Shown: piece after piece, positions 1 through 9,500 of the stretch
Position numbering within the stretch: the stretch's first letter is position 1
Layout of the letters: each line of letters starts with the position of its first letter
DNA from: an uncultured Desulfosarcina sp.
GTDB taxonomy: Bacteria; Desulfobacterota; Desulfobacteria; Desulfobacterales; Desulfosarcinaceae
Direction: 5' to 3'
DNA: 64,000 nt
Assembly: GCA_963674945.2 (NCBI GenBank)
Contig: CAXXWQ010000004.1
Span: 2,848,001-2,912,000 of the forward strand
Notes under the pieces: model-generated
What the model was told of the DNA's origin: nothing
The model's database searches: none
Seen by the model: only the letters and a program-made list of their open reading frames with translations
Position numbers and translations under genes: made by a program

Positions 1-2
1 AA

Positions 3-212
3 GTGGGCGCGGGCGGTGAAATCCAGATCACAGACGCCATGTGCAGACTCCTCGAGACCCAGCAGATCTATGGGTATCGATACGAAGGTACCCGCTTCGA
101 CTGCGGCAACAAGGCCGGATTTCAGATGGCCAACATCTCCTTTTCCTTAGATCGCCCGGACATGCGCGATCGCCTGTTGCCGTTTATCCGTGATCTGATG
201 AAAACCTTATAA
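3..212 (+). CDS. galU: UTP--glucose-1-phosphate uridylyltransferase, C-terminal part (cut by window start)
   Basis: GAGGEIQITDA and RFDCGNKAG motifs typical of the GalU C-terminus. Confidence 0.85.
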   Translation: MGAGGEIQITDAMCRLLETQQIYGYRYEGTRFDCGNKAGFQMANISFSLDRPDMRDRLLPFIRDLMKTL

Positions 213-227
213 CGAAGTGAAGCCAAC

Positions 228-263
228 CGTCCTCCCAACGCCCCTTCTCTCCTTGGGAGGACG
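228..263. terminator. Hairpin between convergent galU and asmA-like genes
   Basis: CGTCCTCCCAA ... TTGGGAGGACG, 11-bp perfect inverted repeat. Confidence 0.5.
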
Positions 264-304
264 AACCCGTTTCTGAAAACCGATCTCCCTTCTGATGTCG
301 ACGC

Positions 305-2920
305 TCAATCATCATCGGAAAGGGAAACATGTGCATGCTCGCCGACGTGGGCCAGGGCTGTTTGGCAATGGTCGCCTTGCGCCGTGGCACGATCGAGCGC
401 CCCTTTGATCAGCACCGACAGCCCTCCCGTCATGAACGCGGCGCCACCGGTCAACAGCGTTCCTTTTTTATTGAGCCCGACACCGGGATGGGCCAGTGTC
501 CCTTTCAGCTTGATAAACGGCGTCACGAACATGTCTGCGCTGATACCGACACCGGATCGGGGCTTGGTGTTGAATTCGATGTCGAGTTTTTCCGTTTTCA
601 GATCGATGGTTCCGCCACCCACAATCATGATTTTTTCCTGCTGGACCAAAAGGCCGTCGATCGTGGCGAGACCATCGACGATGGGAACGCTGAGCACGGT
701 ACAGTCCCAATTCGTAAAAGATTCTTTCGCACGGAAGGGATTCAACGCATTTATCAATTGAGCGATAATGTCACTGGAAAACATCCCCAGCATGGTGTTG
801 TTGGTTTTACCCGGACCCTGGGTGAGAAGAACGCGGCCATTGGCGGAGGAGGCCAGTTCCCGTGGAGAACGTCCCGCTGACTTGAGTTCAACTGTCAAAC
901 TGACAGGGGGTACTTCCTCCAGATCGATTCCTTCTGCGAGAAGGGCCATCCGATAATCTGACACACTGACGATTGCATCTACTTCGGCCCTGTTTTCCCG
1001 TGTCGCCAACACCATTTTGCCGGCCATGACCCCTTTGCTTGCCGATTTCAGGGAAAACGTTGCGTCTGCCTTACCGTTTTGCAGCGTTGCACCCGCCATC
1101 ATGTCCTTCAAGTCTACGTTCCCGTATAAAACATGCCCCAGACGAATTTTGGCGTCCAGGTCAAGCGCTTGCAACGGCGCCAACTGCAAGGGTGTGTTCT
1201 TAAAAACGTAGGGGTCGGTCGACTGATGTTCTGCATCGGGTGATGGCGCAGATTCCGAGGGTGCCCTTGCCCCTTTTCCGCCGGCGTCAGCCGATCTGCC
1301 AAAGGGACGAAGGTCCAGCAAAGAGGATGTCAAATTAACATCGATTTTCTTCTTCTCTTCCAAAACCATCTTGAAATCGCCGGCAAGGTCACTTTTATCG
1401 AATTTGAGCGAAAGCCCGGTAACGGCAATGTTCTTGGGTGCGTATTGGACAGCGGCGTTTGTTCTCAAATCAATGTTTGGCAAGGACGCCATCAACGTAC
1501 GCAGGTCGGGACTCGTAAAAGAAAAAGATACGTTTGATGGATCCGCCGCACCGATATGCCCGTTTGCCACCAGATGGTTGTCTCCGATGTCGGCTTTCAA
1601 TTGTTTGATCTCAAACGCATTTGACGACAACAGCGTTGCCTGGCATTTCAAGCGTAACGGCTCATCGGTGACACCTTGCATGTCAAATAATTCGCCAATC
1701 CGTCGAAGTGGGGAAACCTTGGATTTCAGGTCCAATTGGCTGTCCTTCAAAGAAGCACCCACAGCGGTGGAAATGCCGTCAACATCGGCCGTGATGTTCG
1801 CCTTGCAGGCCTCATCGTCGAAGGTGACCGTTGCATCCGCAGACAAGAGGCCGGTGAACGGCAGATCGACTTCAAAGGCCCCGAGGGTCTTTTTCATTTC
1901 ATCCACCCGGAGATTGATTCGAACAGTTTCCAATGATGCCCCCGCGATGGTTGTCGTGGCCTGTGCATCGATGCCTTCCAAACGTGTCTTGGCCGACACG
2001 TCGAGCCCCTTTTCAGCCGAACGTGCAGAAAAGTCCGCTGTGAGTTTTCCGCCAAGGGGGAAGCGAATATCTGCCTTTTCAAGGGTCTTTTGAACATCCG
2101 GAACAACGAGGTGGAGATTGCTGTCGAGATCGGCCAGGGTTTTCAACTCGCCGGTATGAACGTTTCCGGTCATTCGAACATCGCCTGAAGAGACCCGTAT
2201 GTCCGCAGTTACCGCTCCGTGCGCCTTGACCGATGGTTTGGAGGTGATCCTTCCGTCGATTTTCATGGGAAACGCAAGCACGTTGCCGGTAGCATGAACG
2301 AGGATGTCATCGTTATCGTCGGAGTTGCCATCCAGGGTGGTGAGGTGGAAAATCCGGTCCTTTTTTTTCGGCTCTCGCAGGGTGACGGATATATTTTTGA
2401 ACTGGACGAAATCGACCATCACCGGAAGATGAAAACGAAGTTCTTGTTTGGGTTCCGCTTTTTTCTTGGATTTCTCCGTAATCGACTTTTCTGAAGAATC
2501 GGACACTCCCATCGACCAGTTACCGACTCGTTGATCGTTTTTTTCCAATACCGCGTTCACATCGGTAAGGATAACGCGCCTCACGACGATCATGTCCGTA
2601 AACAGAGATAGAAAATCAATGGAAGCGTCGAAGTGACCCACACGGATCATCTCCGGTTCGGTTCCCCATGGGGCGTTGGCCAGGGAGATCTCTGAGAGGG
2701 CAATCTCGGGATGTGGAAACACATTCACATCGAGATGGCCCTGGATCTTTAGTTGTCGGTCAATCGCCCGGGTGGCGATTTTTTCGATGCTGCTGCGGAA
2801 GGAATCGAGATTGGCAAAATGGAGAAACGCCGTAGCGGCAACCAGAATGCCGATTACGATGAAAAAGAGAAGAACCAATGCTTTTTTCAATATTTTCAAC
2901 AAGACCTCCGAATGTTTCAC
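305..2920 (-). CDS. AsmA family protein
   Basis: 871 aa; N-terminal TM helix followed by AsmA-like N-terminal segment (L.I.G.L.V..FP.P.I.L..I.L.N..W); C-terminal GGGTIDLKTEKLD...PFIKLKGTL.HP AsmA-like region. Confidence 0.8.
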   Translation of the reverse strand: MKHSEVLLKILKKALVLLFFIVIGILVAATAFLHFANLDSFRSSIEKIATRAIDRQLKIQGHLDVNVFPHPEIALSEISLANAPWGTEPEMIRVGHFDASIDFLSLFTDMIVVRRVILTDVNAVLEKNDQRVGNWSMGVSDSSEKSITEKSKKKAEPKQELRFHLPVMVDFVQFKNISVTLREPKKKDRIFHLTTLDGNSDDNDDILVHATGNVLAFPMKIDGRITSKPSVKAHGAVTADIRVSSGDVRMTGNVHTGELKTLADLDSNLHLVVPDVQKTLEKADIRFPLGGKLTADFSARSAEKGLDVSAKTRLEGIDAQATTTIAGASLETVRINLRVDEMKKTLGAFEVDLPFTGLLSADATVTFDDEACKANITADVDGISTAVGASLKDSQLDLKSKVSPLRRIGELFDMQGVTDEPLRLKCQATLLSSNAFEIKQLKADIGDNHLVANGHIGAADPSNVSFSFTSPDLRTLMASLPNIDLRTNAAVQYAPKNIAVTGLSLKFDKSDLAGDFKMVLEEKKKIDVNLTSSLLDLRPFGRSADAGGKGARAPSESAPSPDAEHQSTDPYVFKNTPLQLAPLQALDLDAKIRLGHVLYGNVDLKDMMAGATLQNGKADATFSLKSASKGVMAGKMVLATRENRAEVDAIVSVSDYRMALLAEGIDLEEVPPVSLTVELKSAGRSPRELASSANGRVLLTQGPGKTNNTMLGMFSSDIIAQLINALNPFRAKESFTNWDCTVLSVPIVDGLATIDGLLVQQEKIMIVGGGTIDLKTEKLDIEFNTKPRSGVGISADMFVTPFIKLKGTLAHPGVGLNKKGTLLTGGAAFMTGGLSVLIKGALDRATAQGDHCQTALAHVGEHAHVSLSDDD

Positions 2921-2979
2921 GCACGGTAGACAATCCGCGGTGATTTTATGATCCAGCCTGACGATTTTTGTAATAAATG

Positions 2980-4061
2980 TTATCCAGCCGGGATTGTCAC
3001 AAGTGGCAGCCCTTCGCTTCCACCGGTCTCCGTCAAAGAAAAGAGAACCATGAGAAAGGTGAAGGTTCGTTTGGATCGAAAGTCCGTTTTATCGATCCAA
3101 AACCAATGATCTTCGTATTTGATTGCCGTAAACGGGTCTTTGGGTTTGCTTTCGGTACAATTGACCGAGATCAGTCGCCCGAGTTCACCACCTTCTCCTT
3201 CAGAAGGCGCCAGCGAGGGGATCGTGCGGCCATCTTCCACATGGGCGTCAGGAACCTGGATCTGTGTCGACAGATCGACCATGATCTGAAGAATCGATCG
3301 GGTGAGAATGGCCATTTCATTTTTCATTTTTGGGATCGGTCCGTAGGTGACGGTAAATTGCTGTGCTTCCGATTCCAAGCCCAACAGCGACTTGAAACGA
3401 CGAATTGCCGCCAGGGTTTCGGGCTTGATGTTCTTACTATGAAAAAAAGCAGAACCGTGGTCTCTTTCTGATCGTTCTCTTTGACGATGCGCATGCTCAC
3501 GGCACCGGATTGCTGGATCTCGGTCAAGGCTCTCACCAGGTCGTAGTATTCCGGGTCCCCCTCTCGCTGGTGAACACCACCGGCCTTACGGCTGTGAAGT
3601 CCGTTGATGGACTCGACGACCACAGGAAAAATCATGTTGGCACTCCATCCGGACTGCGTCAAAAACAATACGGCTTTTGGGGGAATGGGGGTCATGAAAT
3701 TCTCGTTGAATTTTGCACCGGTAATGGGGGAATAAGTAATCGTGGGCCGATCCGTGTATTTACCCGTGGTACCCAAAGCAAGGAAATCCCCCTGCACCGC
3801 CGATTCCGAGGAGACAGTGCCGTTAAGATTGACCGATCCCTCCATGGTGTAACCGCTCACCACCGAAGCCACCTCCACGAAAAGCGGCATGTCCGCGTAA
3901 CGCAACTTGACGATGTTTAAAAGCGTCTGTTCTTTCCAGGAGTTGGAGATGGCCGTATTGTAGTCGAAACGATCCCTGGGAACGGTAGGCGGTCCGATAT
4001 GGGAACAACCGGAAAACCAAAGGATAAGGATTGCCGCAGGCAAATAATATCGAAGGGTCAT
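2980..4061 (-). pseudogene. Putative lipoprotein split by a frameshift (ORFs 3324..4061 and 2980..3384)
   Basis: Lipobox-like FSGC after a signal peptide; adding one base to the A7 run at 3442-3448 joins the two ORFs (VLLFFHSKNIKPETLAAIRRFKSLLGLESEAQQ). Confidence 0.7.
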
Positions 4062-4595
4062 AATCGGTCTCCTCCATCAGTAATTTTTTCATGGGCACCC
4101 TCCTGTGGTTTTGTCGGCGACAGATCGCTTTTTTTGCCTCGACGCCGGTGGTTGAAAGAATGCGCTGATCACAAAAATTAAGGCTTTCTCTGGGAAATGA
4201 TGACAAAACCGATCACACCAATTCCCAACAGCAACAAAATCAAGTTTAATGACACGAAGAAACCTCATCGATAGAACAAACGCCTGGTGCCGCCGATCGG
4301 GTTGTCATCATTGATTTCGAGAAAGCGGCCCGGAAAAGATGCAACAAGCAGTGTTCGCTGCAGACGGTAAAAATGTGAATTAGAGGAGGAGAGTTTGCTC
4401 TGCTTGAATGCTGAAAGCACGAATATAATAGATCCGCTGTGCCGGTCAAGATTTTTTAAATGGAGCCCAATGGAGATCTTCTATGTGGCAGGAGAGGGAG
4501 GGGATAGATCCTTATTCATCCGGTTGGATGAAACATGACACAAACGGCTACATGACGGTAGTTGCAGAAGGGGAAAAGGCATGACTTGTGAAATA

Positions 4596-4649
4596 GAGGG
4601 ACCGGTCTTGATGGTAGTGGTCCACACCTACATCAAGACCGGTACCCTC
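4596..4649 (-). terminator. Long hairpin downstream of the metF operon
   Basis: GAGGGACCGGTCTTGATG ... CATCAAGACCGGTACCCTC inverted repeat. Confidence 0.55.
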
Positions 4650-4684
4650 ACGATTTGATGAAATCTTTAAATACTCGATTTTCG

Positions 4685-4809
4685 GACGGCTTCGTAAAAA
4701 GTTCGAGAGCAAGGCTTGCGAGTCCCGGGGAATGAAGCGTATATTTGGATACGTCGCAGTGACGAGGGGTGAATCGTAACACCGATATCGGACTTTTTAC
4801 GAAGCCGTC
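4685..4809. repeat. MITE/REP-like element, copy 1
   Basis: TIRs GACGGCTTCGTAAAAAGT / ACTTTTTACGAAGCCGTC; interior similar to copies at 20524 and 29038. Confidence 0.85.
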
Positions 4810-4815
4810 AATGAT

Positions 4816-5712
4816 TTAAATGGCAATCCTCGCCTCCTGTAATATCTTGGGCACGATATCGGCCCACCCCAATGGCATGAGATGAACGCCCTGTACCATA
4901 TCCTTGATCTCAGACAGAAACCGGCCCATCATCTCCGCCGCCTTCATTTTTCGATCTTTCTTTTCCACGCTGCCGATTTCATCGATCCAGGATTGGGGCA
5001 CCTGGATGCCGGAAACGTTGTCATTCATGAATTTTCCCATCTGGGGAGATTTGAGTACAACCAATCCGACCTGAATCGGAACGTTCAATTTGGATGCCTC
5101 GTCGATGAAGGCTTCGAAAACCTTTCGATCATATACCGCCTGGGTCTGAAAGAATTCCGCGCCGGCATCGACCTTCTTCTTCATCTTTAACAGTTGCAAT
5201 TCCAGCGGCTCAAAATTGGGATTCACCACGGCGCCGTAGGCCATGTCGGGCGGATTCTCGATGGGATTTCCCGTGATGTCGTGGCCGTTTCTCAGCCCCA
5301 TTGCCATGGAGATCAGCTGCACCGAGTCCAGATCGAAGACCGGTTTGGCCTCCTTGTGGTCGCCCAGTTGGATGTGATCGCCGGTGATCAAAAGTACGTT
5401 ATCGATCCCCAGCGAGTATGCTGTGAGCAGATCGCTTTGCAGGGCGATACGGTTGCGGTCCCGGCAGGTGAGTTGGTAGACCGGTTCGATGCCTTTCTGT
5501 TTCAAGCCAACACTGGCGGCCAGGGAACCCAGCCGCATCACCGCGCTCTGGTTGTCGGTGACGTTGACGGCATGGACCCAGCCTTGCAGATATTTGGCCT
5601 CCTGGGTACAGGCCGGATCGATGGATTTATCCCGGTTGACGGCCCCTTTGATCGGTCCCACCTCACCTGTGACGACGAATTCGCCTTTATTGAAAAGGTC
5701 GGTCAGTTTCAT
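4816..5712 (-). CDS. metF: Methylenetetrahydrofolate reductase MetF (copy 1)
   Basis: VNVTDNQ, TCRDRNRIALQ, LITGDH, FQTQ motifs; adjacent to metV. Confidence 0.9.
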   Translation of the reverse strand: MKLTDLFNKGEFVVTGEVGPIKGAVNRDKSIDPACTQEAKYLQGWVHAVNVTDNQSAVMRLGSLAASVGLKQKGIEPVYQLTCRDRNRIALQSDLLTAYSLGIDNVLLITGDHIQLGDHKEAKPVFDLDSVQLISMAMGLRNGHDITGNPIENPPDMAYGAVVNPNFEPLELQLLKMKKKVDAGAEFFQTQAVYDRKVFEAFIDEASKLNVPIQVGLVVLKSPQMGKFMNDNVSGIQVPQSWIDEIGSVEKKDRKMKAAEMMGRFLSEIKDMVQGVHLMPLGWADIVPKILQEARIAI

Positions 5713-5774
5713 TATTCGACTCCTAAATTTAATTACTCAGACTCCTCACGATTTGGAACCAAACCAGATTAACC

Positions 5775-5840
5775 GCGAGATCAAGGATTGCGCGCCTGGA
5801 GGAGCAACGCGTACACATCGTAAGCCGCAGCGACGATAGG
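5775..5840. repeat. Degenerate internal fragment of the MITE-like element (no TIRs)
   Basis: GAGATCAAGGATTGCG..CCTGGAGGA..GCGTAC..ATCGTA..CGCAGCGACGA aligns with the interior of the copy at 20524-20647. Confidence 0.6.
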
Positions 5841-5863
5841 CGACGTGTCTTCATATGGCGTCG

Positions 5864-6583
5864 TCAGTCCTGGTTGCTGACGGTCACCGTCCCCGCCTGG
5901 GAACAGAAGGTGGCTTCGGTTTCACTGACCTCCAGGGTCCTGGGACGGCTCCACTTGGCATGGTTTTTCGGTTTCTGGTAGGGGTCCAGCAGTTCGAGCC
6001 GGTCCAGCTTTTTAAGCCGTTCATAGATCATGACCCATCCGCAGGGACGCTCCTTGTCGACCTCACACATGCCCTTTTCCGCACCGCCGCAAGGCCCATT
6101 AAGCAGTTGTTTGGAACATAGGGTCATGGGACACAGCCCCCCGGTAAATTCAATCACGCACTCCCCGCAAAGGGAGCAGTACTCCTCGATGTCCGTGGCC
6201 GAGACGGTTTCCCCGCCAAAAATGGTATCGCAGCCCGGGTGCACCATGCCGCCTTCTGTGGCGTCGATTACCGTGTGAACCCCTTGTCCACACCCCATCA
6301 CCAGGAAGCTGTCCGCCTTGGCAATGGTGTCCGCATAATCCTCCTGAAGCACTTTTTTCGTGTGATCCAGCTTGCACAGGGACATGCCCTGGGGGCCGGG
6401 AACCGCATATCCCACAACCTCGATACCACGCCGGGTCAGGCGCTCGGCCATCTTTTGGGTTTCTTCCTCACCGCCGGAGTGGCATTTCCAGGCGCAGTTA
6501 TTACAGCCAACCACGAAGACCTTCTCTCGGGGCCGGATAAAACTGACAATTTCTTCGATCGGTTTTTGTATGGTAGCATGCAT
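5864..6583 (-). CDS. metV: MetV, Cys-rich MTHFR partner subunit (copy 1)
   Basis: GCxxCAxxC, CSLCGEC, CPMTLCSKQLLNGPCGG...CEV...CGW motifs. Confidence 0.85.
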   Translation of the reverse strand: MHATIQKPIEEIVSFIRPREKVFVVGCNNCAWKCHSGGEEETQKMAERLTRRGIEVVGYAVPGPQGMSLCKLDHTKKVLQEDYADTIAKADSFLVMGCGQGVHTVIDATEGGMVHPGCDTIFGGETVSATDIEEYCSLCGECVIEFTGGLCPMTLCSKQLLNGPCGGAEKGMCEVDKERPCGWVMIYERLKKLDRLELLDPYQKPKNHAKWSRPRTLEVSETEATFCSQAGTVTVSNQD

Positions 6584-6600
6584 ATTCTCATCCTATCTTG

Positions 6601-7308
6601 TCAATTTCTAAAGAATACAGGTTCATAGACAACCTGCGCCGCTTCAAATTCATCATAGAGCAGCCGCAGGCGATGATTGGCGACATCCATTTTTTTCGCC
6701 TTTTCCTCATGTTCCTTGTCCATTGGGTAGCAGGCCAGGCAGCGCTCATAATGGTGGGTGGTGCCAAGACAGGTGATGGCGAAATCGACCATCAAGAAAA
6801 TCATCTTCTGTTTGTGATTGGCAAAATGTTCGACGGCCGGGACGAATTCGATCTGGGGCAAAACAGATACCGAATTGTCTTCCTTTGCCATGGTAATATA
6901 ATCATGAATCACCATGGTGGGGCCGTGGGTCTCCTGGACGCCTTCGAACTTGACGGTCATCTCTTCCAGGGTGAACAATTTCTTTTCAATAACGATCCCG
7001 GCCTGTTCGAGTTTGCGGTAGTCCTTTTGCAGATAACGATTGGCGATCATGACGGCCTGGGAGACGTGAGGGCAAAGGTTGTTGGGACAGCCGCGCGCAT
7101 AACATTTACGGAAACCATAGGCTTGCCCATCGATTTCACCGGTGTATCGGCACAGGAAAATAAGCGCCTGAAACGGGTTTTCACGGTGTTGAAAATCCAC
7201 GGGCAGAATTTCGAATTCGGTCCCACATGTGACAGACGCCCCCCTGGTGATCAAGGTCACCAGATCGGTGATGCGATTCGGATGGGTGGTTTGAGATGGA
7301 AGATTCAT
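6601..7308 (-). CDS. Hypothetical protein with Cys cluster
   Basis: 235-aa ORF inside the operon; CYARGCPNNLCPH motif. Confidence 0.65.
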   Translation of the reverse strand: MNLPSQTTHPNRITDLVTLITRGASVTCGTEFEILPVDFQHRENPFQALIFLCRYTGEIDGQAYGFRKCYARGCPNNLCPHVSQAVMIANRYLQKDYRKLEQAGIVIEKKLFTLEEMTVKFEGVQETHGPTMVIHDYITMAKEDNSVSVLPQIEFVPAVEHFANHKQKMIFLMVDFAITCLGTTHHYERCLACYPMDKEHEEKAKKMDVANHRLRLLYDEFEAAQVVYEPVFFRN

Positions 7309-7414
7309 GTTTTGCGTCCTCGCTTGCCTGAGCTCCCGAAAATGGGTATCCCGGGAGTCGATATTGTTGCGCCGGCTTCCATGTTATGGGTTCTTTTCCA
7401 TGAAAAGAAATTTT

Positions 7415-7789
7415 CTAATACGTGAAGACGGCATCGGCGGCAATGGCGGCAAGATTCACCTGACCGCCGGCAGTTATCTCGGCACCCTCGATGAGGTCGT
7501 TTTCTGCGATATTGCGACTCTCGATGCAGGGCATACAAACCCATACTTTTCCGCCGAGTTCCACGAAGTCCTGGATGAGTTTTTTGATGGGCGGAAAGCC
7601 CCCTCCCCGCGGCATGTCGTCGACAAATCCCTTCTTCGCCACAAAAACGGCCTCACCCTGCAATATGACCGTGGCCTGGACATCCATGGCCAGAGCGGCA
7701 TTGCCCAAGACAAAGGGCATGGCCGCCCTTTCCAAATCCTCTTTTCCGTGGGTGGAAATATACAAAATCTTCTCTGCTTTTTCTTCCAT
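7415..7789 (-). CDS. DsrE family sulfur relay protein
   Basis: THG.ED.ERA..PF, LQGEAV, VCMPC motifs; RBS upstream. Confidence 0.8.
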   Translation of the reverse strand: MEEKAEKILYISTHGKEDLERAAMPFVLGNAALAMDVQATVILQGEAVFVAKKGFVDDMPRGGGFPPIKKLIQDFVELGGKVWVCMPCIESRNIAENDLIEGAEITAGGQVNLAAIAADAVFTY

Positions 7790-7897
7790 GGATATACTCC
7801 TTTATTCCAATATTTATAATTGGTGTTCTCGTAAAAAGGTCATTTTAATCTGTATTTATGAACGAATTCCTTTGAAGTCTCTGTTCGGACGAATCCG

Positions 7898-8824
7898 TCA
7901 TAATTGGCCCACGAGCACGCTCGATAAGTCCTCCACCGCAGCCCCCGATTTCTGAAGGTTACCCAAACAGATTGGGCACATGGCGACAATCTTCTCTCCG
8001 GTATCATTCAGCTCTTCTACCCGTCTGCCGCCGATCTCCGTAGAAAGTTTGGGAGAAATGGACTCTGCGGGCCCTCCACAACAATTGGTGAAACGGCCAG
8101 AAGTTCTCACTTTAGTGCACGCGACACCGATCTTTCCCAAAAGTGTCGCCGGGACATCTGCCAGATCCAGGTAACGACCATAAAAGCAGGGATCGTGGAG
8201 GGTGACCCGCCGGTTACCGTTCTTGGACGTAAAATCGACGAGTTCAAAATAGGTGTGAACCTCGAAATGGGCATCCACATGTTTGGGGAACAGTACTTTA
8301 AGGGCATAGGTGGTATGGGGGTCGACGGTGATGAGGCTGCGAATCCCTGCAGATTTCAGCTTTTGTGCCACATATCGGGCATGGTCGACAAACCCCTGTT
8401 GGTCGCCAAGATCATAGAGCAGCACGCCACTGTAATCGTCCATCTCCGGTCGGTAGAAGAAATTGACGTTGGATGCCCGAAGGACTTTGGCGATGTTGCG
8501 CAAAATGGCGTCGAAGGCTTTTTTCTTCTCCGGAGGGGTGATCATGGCCAGCCCCACCCCGGATAAATAACCGGGTACATGGCGCGCGTATCCCATATAG
8601 TCGGCCCAGCGTGTATCTTCAAATTGCCCCAGCGCATTCGTGGTGGTCTCGATATAGGGGACGAACTGATACATCATGCCGGTGAACAGCATTGCCTTGC
8701 CGTGTCGGGGTAGCTTTAACCCTTTGTGCCAGCGATTGATCATGAACCGTGGAACCCCGAACGGGTTCCGCGTCTGCCGAACATTATTGCCGATGATGTC
8801 GATGATATGTTTGGGGTGATACAT
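7898..8824 (-). CDS. CCG-domain (Fe-S)-binding protein, HdrB/HdrD-like
   Basis: TVDPHT, LHDPC, CCGG, CPIC motifs. Confidence 0.8.
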   Translation of the reverse strand: MYHPKHIIDIIGNNVRQTRNPFGVPRFMINRWHKGLKLPRHGKAMLFTGMMYQFVPYIETTTNALGQFEDTRWADYMGYARHVPGYLSGVGLAMITPPEKKKAFDAILRNIAKVLRASNVNFFYRPEMDDYSGVLLYDLGDQQGFVDHARYVAQKLKSAGIRSLITVDPHTTYALKVLFPKHVDAHFEVHTYFELVDFTSKNGNRRVTLHDPCFYGRYLDLADVPATLLGKIGVACTKVRTSGRFTNCCGGPAESISPKLSTEIGGRRVEELNDTGEKIVAMCPICLGNLQKSGAAVEDLSSVLVGQL

Positions 8825-8825
8825 G

Positions 8826-9128
8826 TCAGGACCTCCTCCAGTTGGCGACCACGAAACGCTTCAAACCCAAGATGATCTCCCCTGGATTGGCTTCCCGGGG
8901 GCAGGTTTGGGTGCACAGGCCGCAGTGAAGGCAGCGCCAAAGTTCCTTGGCATTTTCGAGGATGCGGTCTTTGGCGCCGATCTGGACATAGCGGATCATC
9001 TTTCTCGGAAAGTGTTCATGAATGAGCGGACAGATGGCCGTGCACGTCCCGCAGTTGAAGCAGGCCAGCGCCGTGTCCTCGGTGAACGGTTCCACCTCTT
9101 TTGCAAAATTTGGATTTAGTAAGGCCAT
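8826..9128 (-). CDS. HdrC-like 2x[4Fe-4S] protein
   Basis: CFNCGTCTAICP and CLHCGLCTQTCP; ATG at 9128 after GGAG. Confidence 0.8.
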   Translation of the reverse strand: MALLNPNFAKEVEPFTEDTALACFNCGTCTAICPLIHEHFPRKMIRYVQIGAKDRILENAKELWRCLHCGLCTQTCPREANPGEIILGLKRFVVANWRRS

Positions 9129-9167
9129 TGATATTCTCTCCTTGTAAAACGGCAATCCGTTGGATTG

Positions 9168-9497
9168 TCAGCTTTTCGCCTTGGGGGTTACGGCGTAACG
9201 AAAGTAGCTGCCGTCTTTTTCGGCCTCCACGATCTCGCCGTATTTTTTCAGGGCGGCCATGTACCACAACACATCGGCAGGCTTCATTCCCATGGCCCGG
9301 GCGACTTCCGGAATCGTCCCGGCGCCGGCAGCCAGGTGCTTTCGAATCGCCGCAAGGTCTTTTTTTTGCTGTTTGACCCGATTCGATGCATTGGCAATCC
9401 ACTGCTGCCGCTCTTGTCTCAGTTTTTTCATGGCCTGTTTCTTCTCTAGGGAAGGGGACGTTTCCGGTTGCATGGGCTTTTCCTCGTTTTTTCTCAT
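9168..9497 (-). CDS. Small winged-helix domain protein
   Basis: TIPEVARAMGM...VLWYMAALKKYGEI wHTH-like segment. Confidence 0.65.
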   Translation of the reverse strand: MRKNEEKPMQPETSPSLEKKQAMKKLRQERQQWIANASNRVKQQKKDLAAIRKHLAAGAGTIPEVARAMGMKPADVLWYMAALKKYGEIVEAEKDGSYFRYAVTPKAKS

Positions 9498-9500
9498 TCG

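Noticed and set aside
4178..4380. Minus-strand frame with a TGA followed by a hydrophobic stretch (FFVSLNLILLLLGIGVIGFVII)
   Set aside because: No start codon, no recognisable family and no SECIS; cannot be supported
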